The notes below the pieces were generated by a model. The model had not been told where the DNA came from. It was given only the letters and a program-made list of their open reading frames with translations, and made no database searches. From positions 1-64,000 of the forward strand of contig KZ537993.1 of the NCBI GenBank assembly GCA_000934665.2: a DNA stretch of 64,000 nt, in the 5' to 3' direction. The stretch is from Catajapyx aquilonaris (taxonomy: Eukaryota). How positions within the stretch are numbered: the stretch's first letter is position 1; each line of letters begins with the position of its first letter. Shown one piece after another: positions 1-13,700 of this stretch. Made by a program: the position numbers and the translations under genes.

Positions 1-3000
1 ATGAGTTAATCTTATCTTCCTTTCGCCAGAGTCTTATCAGGTCGCGGGTCTTATCTGTACTTTTTTTTTCACCTCCCCCAGCTTCCCAATCCCCCCCTAC
101 GTCTGCCACCGTTCACACTGTTAAATACCTTACTCTTTCGCCTCACTGGATTTCGCAAGATGTTGTGCGGGATTGCTCTGAATAGCCAGGATAACGTTAG
201 AAATCGGCTCGCAAGGGAACTGATTCAATCAATATGTCGGCGACTGTACGTATATGCAGATATTGTTTTGCACCTAATTATGCTAAGTGTTATTGATTTA
301 ACTCCAACTTCATTTTGCTGTCTATTCTCACGTAAATTAAATGTGACTACCGTATAATTAGACTCCATCGATTAACTGAATGACAGGATACGACTGATGC
401 TTCCTGTTCATTATTGGTCAGTCACCCTGTACATTATAATTTATATGACATTATTGATTTACCACGAAAATCAAAAGCTACAATTTTTTTCCTTTGAGGA
501 TATTTTTCCACCCCCGCATCGTAGCTTATACCCCTCACCGTGACCCAGGTGCGAATCACTTAGAACCTGGCGTCACATAAGTAATCGATGGCGGGTTCTT
601 GCCCTTGCCTCACCCAACATTCGCTGAGTACAGACAAATGATCCTAATCAGTCCTCGCAAATTCTTGGCATTGCTTCGAGTGAGAATTGACAAATCGGTG
701 GAATTGGTCAGGTTTACCAAAGCGACGTAATACCCCCAAACATGCGGGGGCAACCTAATGAAATGGCTTCCGCTTCAATATCATACCCATGGGGATTGCC
801 CGCAAGTGCAGAAGAAACGGGAAAAACTGCGTAGTGCTTGTTTATTCGAGCGGTAAATAAACCTACCACGCTCTGAAGTGGAGGGGTAAAGGGACACACA
901 AAAAAAGAAGCGTGGTTTGGAAGCGTCACTAATAGACAATTGAGCACCTCTTTCAGGGGTAATAGACAGGAACGATATTTGAGCAACTAAAAGCGCCACA
1001 AGCTCAGAAGGAGCCCATTTGGAAGTGCATTAGTTGGAAAGCTGTGGCTTCTTCATTTAAAGCATAATTAAAATCCGGTATATGTTGTAAATAAATTCAA
1101 ATGCGGTTTGCAAGGTAGTCTAATATTTAGGTGGTTTTTAAAACTCGATATCTCGCCATTACATCTACATAACCGTTGCACCTGAAGATTCGTATCTGTA
1201 CTAGTCTTTTTAAGTGAATCATCGAAGAGTAACCCCTTTAAATACGACGTCACGAGCTTGCTATAGGAGCTGCATTAAAGCCGAGTATGACTGGAGACAT
1301 GCAGAGGTCAATTAGCCAAAGTACACGGTGCTTGCGTAATTCAGCTGAGAAAAAAAGGGCGCTAGAAGCAATTTACCGCTTGAGTAAATTTAATTATTCC
1401 AGCGACTGTATTACATGTGGCCTAACGAAAAGGTTGGGAATTTTGCGTTGCATCACATATACCATAAGTTATGCCCATTGGCATGCGCTTTCTAAATGCT
1501 CAATTTATATGATGAATATATCGTTCTAGATGGGTAGGAAAACTGAGTACAACATACCGTACGGTATGTACATACTGTATACTTGCAGTAGAGTCACGAT
1601 TTAACGGTATGACATGGGAGTTATTGATCATCCTGCATATACTGTAGTTCATTATCAACGACGGTGACGTAAGTTGTTTGAAGGAGAAGAAAAAAATTTC
1701 TGTCGGGACGATAATGATCATTTTTTTTTATGTAATGTTTTTGTCCTTTGACATACTTATGCGGAATGTGACTTAAATAGTGTTCAGACTTCATAATCAG
1801 TCCCAATAACAGGCAGGTCATTAAGTCAGATGGAAACAAGTGCAATGCAATATTCTTTTTGTTTTAGAATGAGACTGATGCGAATATAAGCTCCTTTTTT
1901 GCTAAGGGAAGCGAAGTAAATAAATCTTGTCAGTCAAGCTGAACTAACAGGTCTTTTTTGCATGACTGCCGAAACACTGACTTTCGATAAAGAAATGAAT
2001 CTAATGGCATACTATATAGGTTGCCGTCCTATCCGTTGTGCGCCAGGATTTATTTCTTTTTTGCTCATTAACTACTACAGTAAACAGTATAACCACATTG
2101 TAAGATGAGGCATGAGTCGGCATAGGTCCATTATGTTGTTCTTGTTATGGCAAACAGAAGCAACCGTCTTCTAGTAGGTATTTTATACTATTAAATAGCA
2201 ATTTAGGGCCAGGTGGCTCATGGTTTTAAAATGTTCCAATAATTTTCTCCTTTAAAGTACACTGATTCTATTCATGAAATGCGATTCATTAATTTTTTGC
2301 TATAAAACGAAACGCGATATCTAAATAGCTAAACTCAAATTAATGTAACTTAATGTACTCATTTTAAACTAAATCATTATGTTGGCTGGGCAATTGCTTT
2401 CACGGTATTATGTGAGAGGCTGTCCTGAATTAGTAACACGCGAGAGGACGCATTTGTAACTTTCGCACCCTCACTCAGGAGCACTCACTTGTAACTGATG
2501 ACATTAAACGGAAACCTGGACACAAATGCAAATTGGGCACTCTGCAGCTCATATGCAGCAAGAAGTTCATATCGGATGCATCCTTTGGGATTCACAGCGG
2601 TGTTAACAATAATAACCCAAGGATAACTTAATATACATACATCAAACTATTGCAGTGTAGCTGCTAGTGTCATGCTAAAAGTGCAGAGGTGACGGTCAAG
2701 GCTACTTCTCTATGGTCACTTTGCATGTAGTGTGTGGTCAACTGTGAAATATCTGTGTAGTGGCAAGTTAGCTCTTTTTTGGCACTAAGCACCTCAGGAT
2801 TAAAATAAGCAGCGTACTGTGAAAAATTGCTAACCACTATACGGGCATTTCAGTCGGAACACATTGTGTAACTAGTACAGCGTGTAGCTCATGCTCTATA
2901 GTCAGAATACAAACACCGAGTCCCCTGAATATAATGCAAGTTTCATTTACCTCTTGGCTCATCACGGAAGGCTATCCCGTATTCTTCTACTACACTATTT

Positions 3001-6000
3001 GATTATCATATCATGAATAAGTCCTAGGGTGTTGATTAGGAAAAATGCAAAAGTAGCTGCAGTCTGTTTGATCTCGTATATATCTATTCATGACGTCAGG
3101 TTAGGATCCTCATCAGGAGAGGATCTTATTGGCATTCAGGACACTTCCTATTGAGATCACGCGCAGAACGAATCCGAATCCCGGTTCTAGAATGATGCAA
3201 CCTAGAGTCTGAAGCTACTCGCAAATCTCAGCCACTTCTCTCAGCAACGAAATTGAAACTCGAAGTCAGTTAAGATGTCTCCTAAGATTCAGTCTCTTGG
3301 AAGTCTCTAGAGACTACAAGAATACAAAAGTGTTTTCCACCAGCTATTCACTCAGTGTCACAGTGGTCCTGGCAGATGCAGTCGCATCAAGAGACCCTGA
3401 CTAGTTAAGTGCACACCCGTTTGAAACCATTGGCGCGAATCCGGAGAGACGAATTAGCGACTCTTCCCTTGCAAACTGAAAGTCCAGAGTTGTGGAACTG
3501 AGCTGGTGATGAGCGTAAATACACCCACATTTACCGGTTATACACTGTTTGAGGACGCGGGGGGTACGTGTTCTCGACCGTACCGTTGCGTTGGTTGAAT
3601 TGAAGGCTAATTAATTCAAAGAGGTGGGCCCGGAAACGCCGACACTTTGGAGCCAAGTAGAATTTCAAAAGCTCATGCTGTGATGCTCCCGGTGGAGTTA
3701 ACGGTTTCGACTGGTTCAGAGTGCAAAGTTTTCATGCCACTAGAACTTTTTTTCAAAAAAGGCAAGTATCTGTGAAGTTATGTAATGTGAGGTGATTGAT
3801 TTCCTATTTCCCATGAGGTATCTACCACCGATCAGATAAGAGAAGAAATATATCTGGCAGCGACACAGCCCAAAAATACAATGTAAATATTCAAATAAAA
3901 AATGAACTACGCAGTACTGCAAGGTCATTTTCTGTAATAAAGTCGAAAAACAGCATGCTTATACCCTGTACACATTTCTGATTACAGGTTCAAGCACATA
4001 AATCTGGTAATTCTACCGCTGTATCAGTGTGACTACGTAGATTTGGCTTTCCCAACTGATGTAATTGCACTTAATGCATATTCCCCATTGTATTCCAGCA
4101 AGTAACGAGCACTGGCCACTAATACCACTCTAGCCGCAAAAATACCGAGCGAGAACACTATTGCACTGTAACAGTTAGCAATATCACGCAGGACAGTAGC
4201 ATTGCAAAACATGGTTTCATGCACGTCAATGGTGGCAGGGCGATAAGAAATGTGTGATTTCCATGCTGCATAGTGCAGTGGCCTGAATAATACGCTCGTT
4301 TGTCGCAGGTTAGACAAATGTAAACAGTACACTGGGTATATGACTGTATGCATTGTGAGTATAGGCAGACTGTGTTGGACTAGGATAGAATATAAGGTAG
4401 TTCCATTATAAATTAAGAATCCTTAATTACAGTGTTAATTTAAAGTTGTGTTTGCTCCAGTTGCCCTGTATACAGTACATCATAATAATGGTGGATGCAT
4501 TTCGGCGCAACTGATTATATGGTCTAAAATGAGGTGGAGTTTGCATCTCACTTGATTATTCGATGTTACATTCTCTGCACTTGCCACTGTTTAACAGCTC
4601 ACCAACAATTGGTGATTGAAATACAAATGTATGTATAGTACCCACATTGTTACCAAACCGCATGCAGTTGAGTGCCCAAGCAGCTGCTAAACGTTGCGCT
4701 ATATTATGCAACATTCAGCTCTACCAATACTTTAACGTATTATTAATTACATGCTATTACATATAGTATTAATGATATTCGGGGCATGCAAATTAAGTCC
4801 AATGTCGGCTTCCACACCCATGCCTAGTCCTTTTTACGCTGTCTGGTGTGACTGCATCCCAAGGGGAATGCTTTCTGCAGTAGCCTACTGTACTTCCAGG
4901 GTCGTAAAGCTCCGAAAAGAGTGGCTGGCTCGAAGTGAAATGGGTTGAGAGTAAGAGCATGCATATCAGACGGGGTGGGTTCAAAATAATAGTCGAGGGT
5001 CATTCCCAAGCTGGAAGGAGGCAATGACCCTTCTGGACATGCTAAACGTCCTCGTGGTGTCCAAATACGCTACAGAAATACGCTCTCTTACCTTGTTTAC
5101 CTTGTTTTTTGATTTCTGACAAATTCAGTGGACGTTCTGCGCCATTTTTATAGTACAGAAGTTGTCAAAATTTTAAAGCGATTCCGCAATTCCGCCTCCG
5201 TGGGAGCCTTCATTCTGCGCCTTAGGCTGGGTTCTAAAAAGTACAAGTTTTCTTCTTGCTTCTGAGCCTAAAGCAATTGCGTAGGACCAGAGCTACACCA
5301 AAAAATAACCAACACCATTTCTCATGAATAAAGCCCCTGGTGTAGTGGTGGCGTATCGCTTCACATTGCAAGGAAAGAATATTTCACAAAATCTGTGACG
5401 GCGGGGTCTCGGAATATCAGAATTCTTGCCAGAAGGCCCTGTAGCCATGTGCGGAGTGGCAGAGACGTGAGGTGGGGAAATTCAATCTGATCTATGCGCT
5501 TTCACTCACTTTCCACACTTTCTGGCACTCAACTTGCGGCAGAAATGTTTCGCACAGCAGGGTATGTGAGAGATATCCGACACGTTCGTTCTCACTTCAG
5601 ATGCATTATTGTAGGAATTACACTCCGTGAGAATATGTTAATTTTAAATATTTTGCTAAGTGGTACACATTGTCTGCAAGCAGAAGGTACACTTTAGATG
5701 TAAGAAGTTCATGTAATTAAAAGAATTTGACACGAGTGACATTTCATCTTATAAATAACAAGGCATAAGTTCTTATCTCTGCTAAGGAGCTCATAGCTTG
5801 TTATTTTTGTTGTATAGTGCTTTTGTAGATACAGTACTTGCTTCCTTTTGTGACTCTGAATTGAAAGTATTGGGGTCCTGTTAGTTGTTAGAAATTTTGC
5901 AGAAGCTCCATAATTGGACACCTCGATCGGGAGCTACACAAAAGCATCACAAAAATAACAACTTCGGGCGAAGTTTTTGACAACTATAAAACGACACCAA

Positions 6001-9000
6001 TACTTAGAACACACTCTATTTTACTGCCAGTTACCCCTGATGTAATAGCAAACCTTTACCCTCCCTGCAAAGATGAGAGCAAACCTTTCCGATAGTCCCA
6101 AAACTTGCAAAAAAGGAAGATGTGCGGGTATCCTTTCATCCTTAATTGTGATAAAGTATGACATACTGCTCCCCTTCGGCACGTCGGTGTCTCCACGTTG
6201 ATCCGATCTGTAACAAATTGCTGCTGGTAACCCTGATTGCCTTTCTGACCTCGAAGATCCAAAAAATAGTAGAAAGCAGTTCGTCTAGTCTGCCCTTGGG
6301 AGAGCCTATCTAGTGACACAGATGTTGGTGGTAATCAGCACGATTATACCGAAAGCAAATTAATCAATTATTGTAACAACTAGGGAACCAATATTGTTTT
6401 TGCGCTTAGTGTTATGTCAGCAAGGGTTATCCATTGTCAAGATCGATTGGCACACACATTCATGATGATAAGCTGGTACAAACACCATGCGTGCTATTGT
6501 AATTACGCACGTGGCCGTAAAAGGCGACATCACCAACGTGTGAAATCGTATTAACATCTGGTTCGAGAGGAGAATTAAATCGACAACCTTTTCAACCTAA
6601 AGTGATCGGTGGGAAAAAAATACCCTTCCAGAAGATGGCCACTTCCTGTAGCTATGGCAACGTGTTCTGGACCGTCAGATCCGGCAGCCAAAGCGCCCTG
6701 TCAGCAAAAGAAGGATGAGCTTTCAATGGAGCAGCTGATCTCATTATGCAAGGGATCGACGTGGAGAGATACGTTGCGGCGCATGCAGTATGTTTGCAGT
6801 CATGCCAGGCATTCAATATTTTTTGTATGTACTGTCGATGCGAATCCCATAATCCGTGGCCCTCTGCAAACCACATAAAATGCCCAGTAGCGCATTGTAC
6901 ACTTAAGCCCATTTCGCCTATATAATTAACTTGCGCCATATCTGTAATCGTAACTCGCTCATTATGCGCCAGTACGTAATACCCTTGGCAGATCTCTTGC
7001 GGCCGCATTGTTGCATGGTTAAGTGAGAGTTGTTGCAGTTCAAGCACACGAAGGCGTATTTCCGTTCAGTATGATCATTGGAGCTAATCTGGAATTAAGC
7101 TAAATTAGCATTCTGCTGCATGGTGGTTGATCAGTTGTACAGCTTAATATTTCAAAACAGCTCTGTAAGGATTTTGTGAATTTTTATGCTTCATGGTCAT
7201 CTTCATCCTGACATGTCATGCAACCGCACCCTTGTATCACATGCACCATAACCTGCAGGCGCAAGAAGCACTTGTCGCAGTGATATGTAGCAACTTGTCC
7301 GTGATCACAGTTTCATTATTACAACTTTCATTTTTGCAATATGTTGAGTGAAGACACAATTTGCTACTTCCGCACTTTTCAAGTATTGTTACATTGAATG
7401 GATTCACCGTCTACTTTTTCTACGCTTCCAAACTGACATGCGGCTTAGGAACTTTATCCGGAAGAAAGTAACTCTGTCGGCCAGGATGTCGCCCGTAATC
7501 TTTATACCGCCAACAGTTGTGTGGCCAGATTGTGAAGGAAATTCAGATCCGACGATCCCAAACCTTTTCCACCCCTACTTCTGGAAAGAGGGTCCAGGGG
7601 CCGGACGTGATTGGCTCTCTTTATGCTTGACCACGACACTCTTGCCATCCATTTTCATAAACCTTCTCGCCTTTTCCGGTCGTCAACGGTCTTTATGGAT
7701 GAACCCTGAAAAAAAATCCAGTGGGCTCATCTTTTCAGCACCACCAGGCATGACCTGAGATTTGGGAAATATTGGCAATTTGGGACCCTTTCCAGACAGG
7801 GGTCGAGAAGGGATTGAAACGCGTTTGTGCACGTGGCTCGGAAATGGCGGCGAGGGGACGACACTTTTTTTCACAGGGGAGTTTAATGCCCTAGGCCTAA
7901 AATTCCTTCTTTGTATGCCTTTCCACCCCTGCCAAGTCAACCAGTTATTCCCTTGCGGCTGAAAATACAAAGAGATGGATGGAATACTGTTATGGTTACG
8001 GTTATTGCTAGGTCTGGGATGTAGAGAAGGGTAGGAGAAAGCCTGGGTTGGGGTGTGACGGCACGTGCTGCTTGGATGTCGTCCTGGATTCCAATTTTCC
8101 AGTCTGTCGAAATAAAGTTCTGGTCTGATGATCATGGAAAAATGCCAGGAATATTATTTACATATTTCTGTATGACTGGATTTATTTATAGAGGTGTCTG
8201 TGTGTTTGGTATTGCTTTATGTTCGAACGATAATTAGGGGCATGAAGCCTTCTGTTTACGTTTCATGCAGGTCTAAATGTAAAAACAACATGCTCATCTG
8301 CTCATCGATCGTCGTGTGTTCCCTATTTTGCTATTCAGCAATCCCTGCCCCGTTCATTAAGCTTACTTGTTCTTAAGGCATATACCCAAATGCAGCACTG
8401 GTTAACAGTTACCAAAATATGAATTTGCTTGTATACAGTATGCGATACTGCGATTGTGAATAAATAAAAATGTGTTTTTGTGAGCATTAAATTAAAGTTA
8501 TTTACATCAGGACTGAACAACTGTTTTATGCCGTGTTAAGGGGACAATAGTTATTTACTGCTATATAGCCTTTGGTAACCTTCGGAGGCAAATGCGGCTA
8601 CAGTAGTCAAGGTCACGGGCATACATGCGAAAGATCTATACAGTATAGATGAAAAAAAGATATAACTATAAACTCCCCTTCCCCGCGCTTGATTAAACTT
8701 CCGTTACGAGCACCAAACGGCATATTTTCACACTTAAATTTTCAATATTTTCAGGGGTAAGAACCTCGAACTCAGTCCATAGCTGAAGTAGTATTGGGAA
8801 GGGAGAGGTTACAGACCTGACTATGCTTTTCTTTAAGACGCAAAAGGCTGGTGTATAACCTTTGGATTTAAAACCAGATTGAGGTTTGGAGCTTCAAAAA
8901 ACAGGATGGAAAACTCTAGGAATTCTGTAGAACTACTGGCCTACTAATTGCGAACAGGCTTACCGGCTTACACATGCTGCAGGCAAGTATTTGACTAGGC

Positions 9001-10789
9001 CGCAGCTGATCCTTTAAGATTAATCCACGTGCTTCAATCAATCACTGGCAGCCGTCTAGAAGCTGCACCTTAAAGTAACGCTCATCCATTTTAACGCCTC
9101 CAAAAACCTCCATCAACCTTACAGTATAGTTACAGATATCTACAGTGGAAGCTGGCATTCCACTTTCCAATTGAAAAGAATCGTTTTGTCGCTCTCCAAT
9201 CCTAAATCAAACTATAACGATGGACCATTCGTCCTGCGTAATGAGCATGCCCAGCCGGGAATGTGCCAGTGGCTTCTCACCCACGATTACCCACAAACCC
9301 GGCCGCTTCCAAGTTTTCTAATGAGTATTAAACGAGTATGTAGTTAGTGCATGCCAACATTATTTGCAATTTGGATTTAAGAGGCTCTTTCCCCTGCAGT
9401 AATTGTAAATCACATGGTCAATCAATGCCGCAGTAAGAGCCGCTGTAAAGCTTAGTATCAGGATGTAATAAGTTGGCACTACTGTTAACACAATGGATCC
9501 TAGGCTCTAATTAAATTTTGGGGTATTCAATAAGGCGTTGAGGGTTGTTGCACGGGCTGGACATTTGATAGACTGGCGCAATTGCCGATAAAGAGTAAAG
9601 TGGTCGTATATGTGTGTGTTTTTGCAGCGTAATTGTAAATTCAAGTGGCCATGCGAGAGGTGGGGCATGCATTTACGGTACGGCAGTGAAACAACTTTGC
9701 ATGATTAGGGATTCTGTATACTCTCACTTTGAACCTGAGCTTTCATATACGAGATTTGTCGGCGATGGGGATTAAGTGCGAAACTCCGGGAATTTGACCG
9801 CAATCGGTTCCGCATTCCCTCACCCAAAATCAGATTTTGCCAACCCGCAGCAACCTCAAACTTGCTCTTGATTTTTGTCTAAGTCTTTCTAGGTCTGGTA
9901 GGAGCTTTTATCTCGGTGCATAAAGTCATGGAGTAACTTTGCCGGTGGCAATTTGGCTCGACTTTGCGGGAGAGTGAAATTATTTAGCGCAAATATAATG
10001 CTACTTGAGCATATGTCATTCCCAGATAGCAGAGTATATAGCTGTATTTGACTGTTTGTTAGAAACCGCATGTCATGGGTAAATTGCTTGCTCTCATTAA
10101 CACAAAATCGGATTTAGTTTGGTAAATACAGATGTCAATTAGCGTCTGCGGATTATTGTACTGCGCGTTAATATTTTGGCGAAATATCAGCTCTGGTTAG
10201 TGTCGATGTTTTCATCAAATGGTTGTTTAATACGTTTAAACTATAAAAGGTCACGTGCATTTTTAATGGCCAAACCAGAGAGCAATAAAGGAGGAATGAA
10301 AGTTTACTTAGTTTCTCTCAGAGACACTATAACGAAGTAGTAATGTCCGCCCACCATTGCACGTTCTCTTTAGTGGCTGCAACTTTTGTTGTCCAGCAGT
10401 GCACAACGTGTCTCATGTGTCCAAATAAAAGTCCAGGGGTCCTTCATGGGTCAAAAGTTCACAGGTTAGTAAAACTAATTGGTGCAAAGAAAAGCAAGTG
10501 CCTTGCGGGGAATTCATCTCACCGTGACTTTCCGTCACATGTCAAGAGTTAGATGAACATATTAGAAAAGACAATTAAACACTACACTGCGACGAAACAA
10601 GTACCTAGTCACCCCATTTCAATATTTAAGGGCTTACACATCAATTTTATCAGTTTTATCCATTCTGTATGGCATTTATCTTCCTGCAGATTAGGCAGAG
10701 CTATTTGCTTAGCAAAGTAGTACTTACAGTGCAACATGTCTGCTACAGCAGCATTACAAAACAGCTGATAGTGTCGGTATCTTCGGTAA

Positions 10790-13700
10790 ATGCTATACAA
10801 ATTTATCTTTTTATTGCTACTGCTGGTTTTTATATTGCTGATACCGGCAGCGCCGAATATTGTAAACGACGGACGCCTGGGAAAAAAAACTCGGGGAGAT
10901 TTGGCAGGATCAAGCGGAAAAATGTGTGCTCATTATTACAACGTAGCACTTTTTCTGGTAAACAATGTTAGAGACAATCATACAGTACATATGCATAATA
11001 AAGTAACATGCTATACAGGTAGAAAATTTGAGTAGATATTCGGCGCGATAGGGGTCATATTACAAACAGTGCACTTAGTATATTCAGTATAGCTACGTTA
11101 CTTTTCATGTACTTTATCATGTGGTTGTTTAAGTAATTCATGTCAGGAATATATATTTATTACATTAATTGATAATTGGTCATTGTCGATGAACGGAATG
11201 AGCACTATGGGTTTTTTTGGCACAGAGATAATGCAGAAAAAGTTTTATTGCTAGTAGGCCTAGTCTATATTGTAACAGGAGTAAGTGAAATGAGATGGCT
11301 CTTACATTATTGGTGAAAAGTGATTAGGTTGTGAGAAAATAATTTGACCTGATGGCAGGGATCCATAACTCTTTCATGTTTCTGGCTGAGAGAGTAATAT
11401 TATGAATCATTTCGAGCAGTTAAAGATTAACAGCATGTGGGGAGGAAATCAGGTGTTTGTTATGGCAATATTACCTACCGGTGTGTGTTTACCTTCATAG
11501 TTGAATTTGAAGTGATATTTTGAACCTTTTTCTCTCTCCTTCCTGTGATGTGACATTGATCCGAGGGATTTAGTAAGGCCCCTTACATCCCTGTGTTGAC
11601 GCCATGTACAGTATAGCACCAAGATGGGATAATAGGCCTATAGTCTATCTCGGTGTATGGGGTCAATAAAGGGGTGGAATTAAGTAGGGCGGGAGGTGCT
11701 CATTGTTAACGAGCATGTTGCGGCCCCGAAGACCCCCCATTGGCGGGTCGACCAGGCCTCTCCCATTCGGGAATATACGATGCGTAGAACTTATCTTGAC
11801 ACCGTCATTGCTCACTCGCTCATATTGTGTTATTTTTCTTACCTTGTCGGGTAAATATTGTAATATACATTAACATCATGGTTTTCTCTCTCTATTAGAC
11901 TAATGCACATTACACTATCTCACTCGAATGGAACAAGTAACCTCCTGGCGACATAGCGAGAGCAATAAGGAACCAACAACACCTTCCAATAACAGGTTGA
12001 AGTAGAAGCGTGGATGTTTCTAAAAGGCGAGTTTCCTGTTAGCCAGCATGATAATCCATTATCAGGAACTTTATGCAAATTAGCTCGCGAGAAAGAAATC
12101 CCAGTTGATTCCGCCTTCTCTGTTGGATTAAGAAAGGATTCAAAGGAAGAAATTAAGTGCGAACCGTAAGCTATAAAGCTGCTGGTGCATTATAAATTTA
12201 TGTTCCGCTGAGGTATAGTTGCGAGGATTTTGAAATTTATATCAGCCTGCTGAATTTCTCTACGTATTTCTGCGGTTTTAATTACGTTATTTTTTACTAG
12301 GCCGGCTTAATTAATAATGAAAGAGACAGGCGTGATTTTGTTATCCCAGTATTATTTTCTACCTCGCTTTGAATAATATTGTGCAAAATAAGTCAGAATT
12401 CGTTTTAAATTTCATCTTACAAAGGCTGAAACAGTGCAGGTTGTTATTAATATTTGCGAATAATTGTAATTTGTCGTGAGAAAGTTGTTAAGCCGATTGC
12501 CCTTTGATTTTATGTAGAACAACAAATTTGATGCAATTCTGTGGTTTATAATGATAATAACTCACTTCCAAGCATTAATGGACGTAGAATAGTTACGGTA
12601 TATCTGAAATTGACGTAATGAATAAAACATTAAAATCAAAGAGATCCCGCTGAATAGGGACGTGATTGTGTAATTAAAACATCATTTGCCTTGTTATTTG
12701 CATGTAAAATTTAATGTGCATAATGAGCGTTTTCAAAGCTCTTAACCACTTTAGCTACTACTGTACTAGATATTATTTCTTTAATCTGCCTTTCTATCCT
12801 AACACGATGTTAAAATTGTTTGCTTTTTAAGTTATATTGTTTCAGTTATGACATGAATGCAACAGGGGAATATTTTTGATGTTGTGATGGGGTCCACGCT
12901 GTGAATGTGATAATTCATAGATTCAAACCTGGTTATTACTATGCAAACGCAACGCCATATTGTGGCCACATTAAAGATGATCGGCATGTTCAGCTTAAAG
13001 TACATCATACATACATGTACAGTATATCTTTTCCCATATACAGCATATTGCTAAATTCAATTATCTTTACATAGCGTCAACATATAAAAACAAAACACTT
13101 TTTGAATTTTTGAATTGTGCTCCGCCACTCTTTCTATCCGAAATAATTTCACCAAATTAACAGCGGAGATAATAATGTGCTAATTTCCGTCATTGTCCCT
13201 GAGCGATGTCTCGTGCAAAAGAGATCGGTCCCACCAGCAGATTTCCAATGAAAAGGAATAGGAAGAGACGAACACTTCATCTATTTTACCCTCGTCCTGT
13301 CCAGGACACCTGACCGTGATAAACGACTGCCTTGAACGCAATCGGTGAGGTCTGAAGGCTTGACCGCGGGTGCGGCAGAGCAGCAGACATGGCCAGCCCC
13401 TATATATATGGTGAGTCCACCAAGTGTGTGATATTGGCTTGGTTGGCACAAGCATCTAGCCTTGAGTGGCAAGCAAGGTCCAATGAACAAGCAATCCCAG
13501 CGTTATGATGCCATTTTGGGCGCAGTCTGCTACCAGCCAGGAAAAGCTGTCGCTGAGATGAGCATGATCAACGCAGTCAGAGACATGTTACCACGAACAC
13601 GACCTTGTTAAAAAGCACGACTGAATTTCTAGATTTCAATGCTATTTGTTCTCTGTGGTGCTTCACTGGGGATTTGCTCAGGGGTGTGTGAAACTAGAAT

